This document shows positions 1-12,178 of a DNA stretch of 64,000 nt, piece after piece. The translations under genes and the position numbers were made by a program. The DNA is from Paraspadella gotoi. Its lineage: Eukaryota > Animalia > Chaetognatha. The notes under the pieces were generated by a model, which made no database searches, had not been told where the DNA came from, and saw only the letters and a list, made by a program, of their open reading frames with translations. The stretch spans positions 24,364,990 to 24,428,989 of the forward strand of contig CM119266.1 of the NCBI GenBank assembly GCA_051294375.1, read 5' to 3'. Each line of letters starts with the position of its first letter. The first letter of the stretch is position 1.

Positions 1-147
1 GTGAAGGGCTTGCAAATCCATTTAAAAAAATATATATATTGTCTAATACGCCGAACCCATTCCAACAAATTCGTGATCTGAAATCACCCCCCTTCTTCTC
101 TCTATCATCTCATTCCCTCACTGCACTCCTCATCTTCAACACTCTCT

Positions 148-423
148 TCAACACCCACCCTCCACCACCCTCCATCTCTCCTCCACTCCATCGAACCCCA
201 CCTCCCACAACATGGTCAACACCTCCCAGCCTTTGATCTGCGTGTAGGAGATGTGCTCGTTGCCCGGACGATTCCGCGCGTTGACGGCGCCGCGGACGAG
301 CGACGCCGCCACGCGCCGCAGCGCCGGCGCGACGGCCGCTCGATCGGCGGGAGAGAGAGGGAGAAGAGAGACGAAGCCGCGTTGGACGAGCCGCCGATGT
401 CGAGGGGTGTAGATGGAAGGACA
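148..423 (-). CDS. HYKK: HYKK-like exon 4 (C-terminal helices, stop)
   Basis: CCCCCAG acceptor, phase 0, 'CPSIYTP...VQRGFVSLLPLSPADRAAVAP...SLVRGAVNARNRPGNEHISYTQIKGWEVLTMLWEVGFDGVEERW...' to the stop at 148-150. Confidence 0.82.
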   Translation of the reverse strand, partial: CPSIYTPRHRRLVQRGFVSLLPLSPADRAAVAPALRRVAASLVRGAVNARNRPGNEHISYTQIKGWEVLTMLWEVGFDGVEERWRVVEGGC

Positions 424-1408
424 CTGGGGGTGGAAGGGGATATTTACTAAAGTATTTAGTGTACAATGACAATTGGACATGTCAAATGAAACTCTACTAG
501 GTTACTTTGTCAGAATATTGACAAATATCTAGGTTTAATTATGTTTATTTGTAAACAATAGCATTTAAAATTTTGTATTAAACATTTTGATCAAAAGTAT
601 CATTGCGTTTCCTTCCTTTATTGAACATTTGGCTATAGCGATTCTTTAAATATTATTTTTCCTCTGACCTCTAACATGAGATAAGCGATGAAAAGTCCGA
701 TCTCGAAGGCCCAGTATCCCCGGTAAGTCTCACTGAAATCGATCACGCCGCCCACCATAAATTCCTCTTTCTTTTCTTCCTTCTCCTCCTCCTTTCGTTT
801 CTTCCTCAAAATCAAGTTTCCTTCGTTCAAATCTCCGTGAATCTGTCTCGGGGTCATGTGATCCAAAAGCGGCGCCAATCGTGACTCGATCGCGGCGACA
901 ATTTCGCGAACGACGCGACGCCGGTTGACGCCGTTGGTGACGGCGTCAGCGGAGATGGAGTAATCGAGACGACTGGTTAACGGTTAAGAATTGTTAATGG
1001 TTATTGCGAGGCTGGAACCCCCTCGTCCAAAGCAAACTTCGATTAATTCTTCAAACCCCAGAGCGACCTACCTCGCCCTGTCCTTACCCGAGTATTCGCC
1101 CAACATTGAGCGTCTGCCACAAATCTCGGTGACGATAATCATCGAAGACTTTGTCCTCGAAATCCTCGAGCGCCTCGTCGATCCTCGCGGCGGCGCGACC
1201 CGCCTCCACGAAAAGCTCCGCCGTGCAGTCGACGAACTTCAAAGGAATTCCGGGCAGAAAGGTGAGGACGCGACCGAGATGGGAGGTGCTGCCCTCGTGG
1301 GTCGGAGAGAGGAGCGGGAAAATTGCGAAGGGTTGGCCGGTGAGGGTCGCCACGGTGCCTGTCGTTCGGATGGATGGAGTTGGCGTGGAGGTTTATAACA
1401 CACTATTA

Positions 1409-1505
<97 letters not shown>

Positions 1506-1927
1506 CAACAACATCCCCACTACTCACGTTGCACCCAAATGCGGAACACTTGCGACGAACGGGACTGATGACGGAGGTCTGAGCTTCGTAGGCGAAGGCG
1601 TGGCGAGAGTCGAAAGCTGTTGGTACTTTGAAGACGAATCCTGGAGTGGCGGGGGTGATGGTGGAAAGGGTGGAACGGGGAGAAGAGGTTGGAGGTGTGT
1701 CATTGTTGTTCTCGTCGTCGTCTTCGTCGTCGTTGTAAACTCGACGCACTCTACGTTCGATGCCGTGAAAAAAAGTTTTGTCTTCGTAGTACGAGTTGCT
1801 TCTAGCCCGCATCTAAACCGAAAGTTGCTTCAAGATGCGAAACTACTCGTCGACGCTCAGGTTAAAGGCGACGTCGTCGTAATCTGCTTCGCTGTTTTTT
1901 TCGTGGTTTGATTTTGTTTTCTGACAT
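148..1927 (-). CDS. HYKK: Hydroxylysine kinase-like gene (HYKK/AGPHD1; aminoglycoside phosphotransferase/choline kinase fold), 4 coding exons, with apparent indels
   Basis: Collinear HYKK-like segments recognised by eye on the minus strand: 'HLEATFGL..SYYEDKTFF', 'FVFKV', 'RVLTFLPGIPL...LFVEAGRAAARIDEALEDF...DLWQTLNV', catalytic 'IHGDLNEGNLIL', metal-binding 'VIDFSE...GYWAFEIGLFIAYLMLE', and C-terminal 'GFVSLLPLS...SLVRGA...PGNEHISYTQIKGWEVL...VEERW'. GT-AG introns 1087-973 and 668-424 join the exons in frame. Probable ATG at 1927-1925. Confidence 0.88.
669..972 (-). CDS. HYKK: HYKK-like exon 3 (catalytic HGDxNxxN and DF motifs)
   Basis: After a CAG acceptor it reads in frame with exon 2: 'RLDYSISADAVTNGVNRRRVVREIVAAIESRLAPLLDHMTPRQIHGDLNEGNLIL...VIDFSETYRGYWAFEIGLFIAYLMLE', then a GTCAGA donor at 668 (phase 0). 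Confidence 0.9.
1088..1358 (-). CDS. HYKK: HYKK-like exon 2
   Basis: 'VATLTGQPFAI...HLGRVLTFLPGIPLKFVDCTAELFVEAGRAAARIDEALEDF...DLWQTLNVGRILG'. Donor GTAAGG at 1087 (phase 2). The acceptor is uncertain (CAG giving an exon start at 1358; alternative AG giving 1402). Confidence 0.8.
1528..1927 (-). CDS. HYKK: HYKK-like exon 1 (N-lobe; frame broken by indels)
   Basis: ATG at 1927 (MSENKIK). Segments 'VVSHLEATFGLDA' and 'SYYEDKTFFHG...FVFKV...AFGCN' lie in different frames. GTGAGT donor starts at 1527. Confidence 0.65.
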
Positions 1928-2891
1928 GGTTTTGTTTTTCAAAACAAAAACGCGAAGAAAAATAAGAAAAAATTGTGTTAAAATCAGAAAGACGATGAAA
2001 TATGTAGTTAAAAAATGTCGACAAAATTAATAAAGAGAGTTTTTAATTGTATATTCAGCTTTCGTAGAAATAAAATTAATTTTTGAACGTATTTTGTTCT
2101 CCAAACTTTTTCTCGTGCCTTCAGTTGCTAATTAGATTACTTCTAAAATCCATCTTCACTCTCTCTTTCTACGTATACTGATGAAACAGCCGATTTACCA
2201 CATTAACCTAGTCTAGGTGATCCGAACGACAGTCAAAGAACGAGACGAGAACACTGCGATATCTCAGAGCATCTGAGTTGTAGATGGTCGTCCGGACTTT
2301 ACACGAAGAAAGTTCAGTTTACGATTGTGAATTCAATCGGAAATATGAGATTAAAAAAAAAAAATTAAAAAAAGTAAAGTTCTCAAAACATGACAGAATT
2401 TAAAAAAAATATGGGAGATTAAATGTTTGGAAGGTGTTTGTTTAACTTTCACAAAACAATGAAAAAAATTCACAAAGTGTGCAGAAAGCAAAACTGATCT
2501 TTCCAATTTTTATTGTCTTGTCATTTTCCTGTATTATTCTTGATTTTTCAAATCGTCCTAATCTTTTGTTTAAACTTTGAAAAACAGTTTTTCTTTGCTC
2601 TTACGGAACAATTGGACAACTTGCGAATTTTCCTACGAGATGGCAGAGTAATAGCTCTTGGTCTAAAAACTCAGCTAAAAACAAAAGCAGAAACAGTTGA
2701 CTTTGGTCGATCAGCTTTTATGTACGTATATATGAATAAAACCTATTGTATTATTCATTCAATTATTTATTTGTATTTATTATGAGCGTCAAAATCGCTC
2801 TTTTCTTTCCATGAATTCTATTGCAATGGGAAATAATTGACCGCGGCCCTTAGAATATATCCGAAAAAGTCAGTTTGAACTAAAAAAAAAA

Positions 2892-2929
2892 TTCGTTTAT
2901 CGTTTCAGATAAAACGAGCGAAACGAGCG

Positions 2930-2969
<40 letters not shown>

Positions 2970-3038
2970 TTTACCGATACAAATCAAACCCGATCACAAT
3001 CGCTCGTTTAGCTCGTTTTATCTGAAACGATAAACGAA
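2892..3038. repeat. Inverted repeat (43-bp arms, 1 mismatch) around a (TA)n-containing spacer; MITE/foldback-like
   Basis: 2892-2934 ttcgtttatcgtttcagataaaacgagcgaaacgagcgattgt is the reverse complement of 2996-3038 acaatcgctcgtttagctcgttttatctgaaacgataaacgaa except for one base. Confidence 0.85.
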
Positions 3039-6000
3039 ATTTTTGATACAGTGACACACATCAACACAATTAAATTAATTTAAAATTTCTAGATATTCTA
3101 TCTTCCATCTTAGTATTTTATCAATGTATCTCATTGCTCCTACAGTAAAGAACCGCCGAGAAGTTCCTCACTTCATTTCACGCCTTGACCGCTCCTCCCG
3201 CCATGACCGCTCTGACCGCCCTGACCGCCCGGACTTTCCGTCCCGCTTGGCCCGCATGAAGCCTTTCCTTTCAATTCTGCGCCACAAAAGAATTAATTAC
3301 TCGTGGCGATCGAGGGTCGTCGTCGTCGTCGTCATTTCCCTTTCGCGCGTCGCATCATTGAATTCCCCCCCCCCCATTTACTCTCCCTTTTTTCAATCGT
3401 CATCGAATTTTTTTTTTTAAATCTAATTTAATTAAATCAACCCTGGAATTAAAAAGGGGAAAACGCTTGGTTCGCTTGCGGGATGTTTTTATGTCATTTG
3501 GGTCCATCTGAAGAGAGAATGATAACATTTGAATTTTTATTCCGCTTATTAATTACATCCCTTTTTACTCTTTAAAACCATGTTTTACCATTTTAAATAT
3601 TTTTTGTCTTAGTTCTTTTATTATTAACTTTGAGAACGATGCAGACGTTGCAGACGACGAAGTCGACGACTACAACAACAACAACGAACGGCGCCAATTC
3701 TTTTTTGCGCCCTTGAAAGCGCGGGAAAAAAANNNNNNNNNNNNNNNNNNNNNNNNNNNNNNNNNNNNNNNNNNNNNNNNNNNNNNNNNNNNNNNNNNNN
3801 NNNNNNNNNNNNNNNNNNNNNNNNNNNNNNNNNNNNNNNNNNNNNNNNNNNNNNNNNNNNNNNNNNNNNNNNNNNNNNNNNNNNNNNNNNNNNNNNNNNN
3901 NNNNNNNNNNNNNNNNNNNNNNNNNNNNNNNNNNNNNNNNNNNNNNNNNNNNNNNNNNNNNNNNNNNNNNNNNNNNNNNNNNNNNNNNNNNNNNNNNNNN
4001 NNNNNNNNNNNNNNNNNNNNNNNNNNNNNNNNNNNNNNNNNNNNNNNNNNNNNNNNNNNNNNNNNNNNNNNNNNNNNNNNNNNNNNNNNNNNNNNNNNNN
4101 NNNNNNNNNNNNNNNNNNNNNNNNNNNNNNNNNNNNNNNNNNNNNNNNNNNNNNNNNNNNNNNNNNNNNNNNNNNNNNNNNNNNNNNNNNNNNNNNNNNN
4201 NNNNNNNNNNNNNNNNNNNNNNNNNNNNNNNNNNNNNNNNNNNNNNNNNNNNNNNNNNNNNNNNNNNNNNNNNNNNNNNNNNNNNNNNNNNNNNNNNNNN
4301 NNNNNNNNNNNNNNNNNNNNNNNNNNNNNNNNNNNNNNNNNNNNNNNNNNNNNNNNNNNNNNNNNNNNNNNNNNNNNNNNNNNNNNNNNNNNNNNATCAG
4401 TAATGTTCGTAGAAATAAGGAAAATTAGATAAAAAATCGTGATTCAACGCTTAATGATCCGAACTTTTATTTTTTTAGAAAAGGAAAGCTAATTTTCATT
4501 TCTTTGCGCACGCTATTGTCCCTTCAAAGATTATTAGTACCAATTTTATTTTTAAAACTAATCAAGAAANNNNNNNNNNAAAAATGAAAGACTATATATA
4601 TTTAAAAAAAAAACTGAGTTCATTGAGTGTAATTCCATTTTTGTTTATCAAGACGAGGAAACGAAAAATAATTCCACAACGAAAAACAAGCGACTAAATC
4701 GGCTCAATCCCAAGTCGGTCATCGGCGAAGGTCAAGGGTCATGGCGGACACGGGCTCGGGGTCGGGGGAGCCGCGTCGGCGGGGTCGAACGCGACCCTGA
4801 GGGGGCGCGAACGATGCCCAGATTCTCCGGGGTCAACCGCGGAGGGGGAGAGGGTCAAAGGAAAACATCGGTCGCGAGGGAACTTCGTCATTTCTGTATT
4901 TGCAGACGATTTGAGTGCGAGGGGGGGAATTGTGTGTTTTCAAGTGTGTGTGTGTTTGACTGTATGAGTTTACGTATGGCTGAAAGTCTGTCTGTCTGTT
5001 TTCATGTGTGAATGAGTGTGTGAGAAAGTTGATGCGTGAGATAAAGAAAGTCGAAATGGAGACCGACAATAGCGACATCTGCGATTCAGCGACATATTTT
5101 TTTCCCCTAATGTTTTTCATCGTAATTCTCTTTATTCTACTATTGGCCTCAAGCTCGCTTAGTCACTTTTATTATTTTCTTTTATTTGATTCACTCATTT
5201 CCCTTTCATTCCTTTTTTCCTTTTTCGATTCTCACCTGAAAGGAAAAATCGTTCTGTCTCAAGGACTTTTTCGCTTCNNNNNNNNNNNNNNNNNNNNNNN
5301 NNNNNNNNNNNNNNNNNNNNNNNNNNNNNNNNNNNNNNNNNNNNNNNNNNNNNNNNNNNNNNNNNNNNNNNNNNNNNNNNNNNNNNNNNNNNNNNNNNNN
5401 NNNNNNNNNNNNNNNNNNNNNNNNNNNNNNNNNNNNNNNNNNNNNNNNNNNNNNNNNNNNNNNNNNNNNNNNNNNNNNNNNNNNNNNNNNNNNNNNNNNN
5501 NNNNNNNNNNNNNNNNNNNNNNNNNNNNNNNNNNNNNNNNNNNNNNNNNNNNNNNNNNNNNNNNNNNNNNNNNNNNNNNNNNNNNNNNNNNNNNNNNNNN
5601 NNNNNNNNNCGCACAAACAGAGAAAAAAAAAGCAAGAAGTCATTCATATGCAAATGCTATTTCCGCACCGCGAGCATTGTTTGCATTCTCGACCGACGTT
5701 CTCGTCGGAAAGAGGAGAAAAAAATATATCTCTCTCTTTCTCTCTGTTTTGCTGTTTCGTTCTACTTTTTTTGAACGGACACTAACCGACAGAGGGATTT
5801 CTAAAGTTTTTTGCCCGGCTTAGGGTTTTCGGTCACCGAAATATTCTATTTTTTTCACTCTCGCAGTATCTCAGCTCTGACCGCCAATCTTCCAAACCAC
5901 TCTCTGCCTTACCCACAAACCCCCATCTTCCCTCCCACCCTCTTCTCCACTCCTCCCCGAGATTCGTCCAATTATTTTCTCATTTTCTTGTTTACGCGAC

Positions 6001-6058
6001 TTTTTTTTGTCCGTCGTTTTCGTCCTCCGCGTTTGTCCAAAAAGATCCCCCTCCCCCG

Positions 6059-6268
6059 TAAAGCTCCTCTCCCCTTAAAGCTCCTCTCCCCCTAAAGCTC
6101 CTCTCCCTTAACGCTCCTCTCCCCTTAAAGCTCCTCTCCCCTTAAAGCCTCCCTTCCTCTAAAGTTCCTCTCCAATTAAAGCTCCTCCTCCCTTAAAGCT
6201 TCTCTCCCCTTAAAGCTTCCCTCCCCTCCAGCTTCCTTTCCTCTAAAGCTGCCCTCCCACTCAAGCTT
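6059..6268. repeat. Minisatellite, ~17-bp unit TAAAGCTCCTCTCCCCT, ~12 copies degrading toward the 3' end
   Basis: Tandem units read directly from the sequence. Confidence 0.9.
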
Positions 6269-6634
6269 TAATAAAGGAGGACAAAGAATCAGCTACTCCG
6301 TTTGACCATTAGGACGTACAGTCGTACACATATTTCCCTTATAATTAGAGTTTTACCTCGTTTTATAAATTGGTTTGGTGAACATATATTTTTGCACAAA
6401 ACTTAACCTAAATACAAAATTTAAAAAAATCCTTGAGTCTAGAAACCTCTTTCACAACCTCAATAGTCAATACTAAAATGTAATATTTATTTTCCAATTT
6501 CCTTATCATTTTTTTTCCATTTCTTGTTTTCNNNNNNNNNNNNNNNNNNNNNNNNNNNNNNNNNNNNNNNNNNNNNNNCGTGGAGACGTGTGGAACCGTT
6601 GTGAAATAGGGAGAGAGAGAAGAGAGGAGAGAGT

Positions 6635-6671
<37 letters not shown>

Positions 6672-9443
6672 GCATGAGAGAGAGAGAAAGTGCGAAGAGG
6701 GGTGAAGTGTGTGCAGGGCTGAGATTCATGACCTTCGAATAAGGGTGGAAGAAAGAGGGGAAAATGTTGAAAAAAAGCAAAGGAGGAACCGAAAAGGGAA
6801 GTGTGAATCAAAAGAAATGTCCCCGCTTTATTAATTTTTCACGAGGCGCCGCGTCTCTCGCCTCTCGTGATTCGAGGAGGAATCCTCTCCGATTTCCGCC
6901 ATTTCCGAGAAATCGGAAAATTCCAGAAACTCGACTGGTTTTTAACCCTTCGATCGACGGGAGCAGGGGGCCATATAGGGGAGTGCGAGAAGCAAGTCGA
7001 TACCCGTTCGAGGCTTTCTAAAGCCTTTCGTCTGTCGAGGCCTGAGACATTGTAACAAGACCTCTTGAGCGGTTGACAAATTAGATCATCGCACAGTTTC
7101 CACCTTCACACAACTTTTCTTTGTCCGTTAATCTCTGAGCATCATAATTCACGAGCCCCTCCCTTTTTTGCGAAATGTTTTCTACTCCTTACCTGAATTC
7201 TTCTCTTTTTTTTTATTTGTTTAGTTTTTAATCCGAAATGTCGAGTATTTTTGTAAAATATAATTTACTGTTATGTTACTGTTATACTGTTGAATTAACT
7301 GTTAATGTTCGTTTTATTTTTCTAGAACCTTTGTTTATTCCTTCCATTTTTTCCATGCTTCAACTTCTTTCTCTCTCAACTTCCTAAATATAACACGGCT
7401 TTGATATTGTGTATTTTTCAATCGTTCTATCTTTCTACCGACTACTTTCCTACTTTCCTACTTTCCTTTCCTCTACTTTACTCTATAAAGTTTTCATTTT
7501 CCCTTTCCTCCCACTTTCCTTTCCTTTCCTTTCCTTTCTCCTCCGCTGACGGCAAAATATCCGTCAAAGACGAAAAATAAAATGAGAAAATATGTAGCGA
7601 GATTTCCCTCACGCCGTGTTCTCTCTCTNNNNNNNNNNNNNNNNNNNNNNNNNNNNNNNNNNNNNNNNNNNNNNNNNNNNNNNNNNNNNNNNNNNNNNNN
7701 NNNNNNNNNNNNNNNNNNNNNNNNNNNNNNNNNNNNNNNNNNNNNNNNNNNNNNNNNNNNNNNNNNNNNNNNNNNNNNNNNNNNNNNNNNNNNNNNNNNN
7801 NNNNNNNNNNNNNNNNNNNNNNNNNNNNNNNNNNNNNNNNNNNNNNNNNNNNNNNNNNNNNNNNNNNNNNNNNNNNNNNNNNNNNNNNNNNNNNNNNNNN
7901 NNNNNNNNNNNNNNNNNNNNNNNNNNNNNNNNNNNNNNNNNNNNNNNNNNNNNNNNNNNNNNNNNNNNNNNNNNNNNNNNNNNNNNNNNNNNNNNNNNNN
8001 NNNNNNNNNNNNNNNNNNNNNNNNNNNNNNNNNNNNNNNNNNNNNNNGAGAGAGAGAGAGAGAGAGAGAGAGAGAGCATCGACTATGGTGATGATTTTCG
8101 CCCAAGATGACGTCATCACCATCACGTGACAGTCACATGACGTAGCCTTACATTATTTTTATTACGCGCGAAAAAATATTCGTGTCACGATGACGACGAC
8201 GCGTGATTTGGGCGAAGGCGGCGGCGGCGGCGGCAGCGGCAGCCGCAGCGGCGGAGACGTGATCGCGGGATGACAAAGTCGATTTTATGATTTCGTTTGG
8301 TACCTCTGCGTTACCATGGAAACCAAACGAGAATAAATCGATAATACGACTGAGAGCGATGATTGATGATGATTGATGATGACGTTGATTGCAGAAGATT
8401 ATGATTATCAAAATGTTCTTATAACCACTATTATAACTTCGAGTCACTGTTGCATGGTCGCCGATGTTGGAGCTAGGGATCGTGATGTGTAGTGATTTCA
8501 ATTTTAAATGCAAGTAAATACTACTAAATGTATGGTACATAAGAGATATATGTACTTTTCTATCGAATCGTTTGAATTACCGACTCGGCGAAGCGACACC
8601 GACGAAGTCAAACGACCAGAACTCAAGCGACGGATTTCGCCGTTGACTTCCTCGATATTTAAATAATTTCATCGTTAACTTTTGTCTCATAAACAAAGAC
8701 GTTTTTAAAATTTAAAATTCCGGAAGAATTCCGCGGAGAGAAAAAAAGAAAGGACAGAGAAGAAAAGCCGGAGAAAGAAAAGAGAGAAAAAAACTAGAGC
8801 CGAAAATTGACCGGATTTTCTCGGCTTCCGGGCGAACGGACCGAAACGGACGGCTGGACAGAAGTTCGGACAGAAATGGGGACAGAAACGAGGGGACGAC
8901 GAGGCAGAAACGAAGAGCGCGACAGAGATGGAGACACAAATGAGAGTCTCGACTCGAGAAATGNNNNNNNNNNNNNNNNNNNNNNNNNNNNNNNNNNNNN
9001 NNNNNNNNNNNNNNNNNNNNNNNNNNNNNNNNNNNNNNNNNNNNNNNNNNNNNNNNNNNNNGAGAGAGAGAGAGAGAGAGAGATAGAGAGACTTACAAGA
9101 CATGTGTTGGATTCCCATTGTTGCCCCGGACGAAGTTTCACTCGGTTTCCCTTCCTCTCTCAATGGAACCCCCACACTCAAAGAATCCCGCGACAATTAC
9201 CGCTTTGGTCGTCGTTGTGTTTGTGAGGTCTTGTGATCGTTATGATGATCCAGAGTTGTGATAGAAATGATAATAGAATAGGATTTGATAGTTATGATTA
9301 GGAAAGGAAATATAGCATGAATAGAAATGAGAAAAAACTCCAGAAAAGTAAAAGGAAAGAAAGAAGAGAAAAAGTTTTTCCTTTATTTCATATCTAATAT
9401 GCTCAACGCATCGCTGCACCAGTTGAGAGAACGAACAAAGACA

Positions 9444-9524
<81 letters not shown>

Positions 9525-10556
9525 CGTTAATGTCGGAAGTCGGGAAGAATCTATCCAGGCGTCAAAGAGGTAATTGCGTCGGGATACTTTTTTTTTCGTG
9601 GGGGGACGTGGTATGTTGACTGTGGGTTGTGGAGGGACGAAGAGAACAAAATTGGATCATGAGAGTAGGAGATCGTTCCGTTTTATTAAAGGCGCACGCG
9701 AAATTAACCGCAAATTTAATAACGGATCGAGTTTATATGATCGGATTGAAGATGGAAGATTTAAATGAGCTCTCGGACCAGGTTGCCATTCATGTGTTAC
9801 GACTTACGAGATTGACAAAAGAGAGCCAAACAAAATATCATTCAATGAATTTGTTTAGTTTTAGTATTATTAATATTGTTAATTAACGCTCGTGTTTCTA
9901 GATGGCGTCTTGTGAAGTCAAATGATGGAACCTGTTATGATTACTAAATTACTTCATCATAACAACTATTTAAAAGTAATCAAAGATAAGGGTGAAAATT
10001 CCCACGGCGTTGAACTTTGAATGTTGCTTTCTGGTTTTCAAATTATAAAATTAACTTGAAAATGTTTGTAACGCGAGTAACAGTTGTTTAAACGAAAAAA
10101 AATTATGTCATCAATGTCAAACGTTACGAGATAGTTTTGAATTCGGTTAAGTTAAAAAACAACAATATTTCACCTGATCGCTGTCCCCAGTTCTTTTATA
10201 GACACTTTTGAACATAAATCATTTTGCAACCTATTCATTTTTCACGTAACAAAAACTTTCCAACGCAACTTGAAATTAACGAAGCCCGTAAAGTCTATCA
10301 CAACTCGTCGTACATCACTTGGCATAATCGGCATCGCATCAAACTCGGACAAACTCGTCTCCTAGCAACAGAATAACACTCAATCAACATATACGTCCCC
10401 CGTTCTATTTCGTTTTTACGCCCAGAAGATGGCGCTCCTTCATAAACTAAATCCCTGGTGGAAGTGATGGCCCCTTGTGAATTATTTCCTCCCTTTAAAT
10501 AAAATAGAAAACAAAATCAACACTAAATACTTTAACTGTTCTCCTTTCGCGTTTTT

Positions 10557-10598
<42 letters not shown>

Positions 10599-11550
10599 GT
10601 GTCGGTGAAAATCGATAAGAGTCAAGTTTGTTATCCCGTCTCCATCTGTCGGATTTCGCGTTTCTTCTTTGATGTTAGCGAAATAAATGTTTGGGTCGCT
10701 TCGCCTTTTGTTTTTTCTCATTTCGGACGATAAGTTGTTTCGCTTTGATTTTTCTGCTAACTCGTCCCCGTCCGCCAGGGGATTTTTTATTTCGCATAAT
10801 TTTGTCGGTTTAGACGATTTGCGTTTTCCCGCGAGTTTTTTTTTTATTTTTTTTATTTTGTTTTGTTTTATTTTAAATCTGATCCGTTTGGTCCGGAAAT
10901 CATTCGCTTATTCACCTCTCTTAACTTTTAACTCATACCTCTTAATATTTATTTATTCGATGCTATTCCTTCTTCTTTGCTCTCTCTCTCATTTTTTTAA
11001 ATTTTTATTGCCACCATAACTATTTTGTTAATATCTTCATAGATCTAATATTTCAAATTAATTTATTTCATTTTCTTTTCAAATCCGAGTTCGGGATATC
11101 AACTACCGTAAACCATTACATATCATATTTTCGTCTATTTCTCATTATTTTCTTCTTGTACTTCCCCCTCCTATCATTCCTCCCACTACTTTCTATCTGC
11201 CCCCCTTTTACCCACCCTTCCCCCCCCACCCCCACCCTCTTGTCCGCCACGGTGTTTGTGTCGGCGGCGTTTTTCTCTGATCTCGATTGACGCGTTTCGC
11301 GTTTACGTCAAAATCGACTAAACAATTGGCTCGAGAACAAGTTGAGAATAAGCGACTTCACGTCGAAAAGATCGGATGAGAATTAGATTTTTGACGAGTA
11401 AAACGTATGTTGAAAACGTGTTACAGAGATAACATCTTTTAAAGAGGTGAATCTTTCAGTAGTATGACATGGTTTAATGTATTTAATGGTGGAAACCGAA
11501 AAAAACAAAAAAGATATAAAATGTACGCGACAGTTGATCAATAACCATCT

Positions 11551-11603
<53 letters not shown>

Positions 11604-12100
11604 CACACTCACTCCCTCGGGAGAACAGTGTTCTATCACCGCCTCGTTCTCGTTATTTCGATCCTCGGGAGTAAAGTATCCTCGTCAGTGACGACGCCTG
11701 GATCGACGTTGAGAATCACGCTAATTGACGTCGTTTGTCCCGAATGAAATATGAATTTTTAACTTGCGTCGAGTGTCGCGGTTTCTTCGATTTCGCCGCC
11801 GTCAAACGCAGTCGTCATCAATCGTCGTCGTCGTCGTCGTCGTCGTCGTCCTCATCTATTTTTCGTCTGGAGGTGCGCGATTTTTCGCTCGTTTGTTTTA
11901 ATAAACCGATCGAAACTAAAGTAAATAAATCATGTTTAAATCGTTCCCATTAACAAATAAACAAACTGAATTGCTTAAACTACGCAAACTGAAAAAACAA
12001 GTATTTTTTTTTTCAATGCAAGAAATCGCTTTTTTTTATTTTGCTACAATTTTGAATTATAAAGAATTATGAATTTTAAAGATTCGACCAGTATGTTGCA

Positions 12101-12146
<46 letters not shown>

Positions 12147-12147
12147 G

Positions 12148-12178
<31 letters not shown>

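Noticed and set aside
991-1911. Plus-strand ORFs overlapping HYKK
   Set aside because: Antisense shadows of the GC-rich HYKK exons and the (CT)n intron.
6059-6268. Regular 17-bp repeats as a possible CRISPR or iteron array
   Set aside because: The units are contiguous with no unique spacers; an ordinary minisatellite.
8850-8900. 'GQKFGQKWGQKR' repeat suggestive of a neuropeptide precursor
   Set aside because: Only three 12-bp units, an upstream in-frame stop, no signal peptide and an adjacent gap; insufficient support.
3713-9226. Long ORFs containing runs of X (also at 29.9-30.4, 32.1-33.3, 37.7-40.1 and 45.1 kb)
   Set aside because: They are open only because N gaps contain no stop codons.
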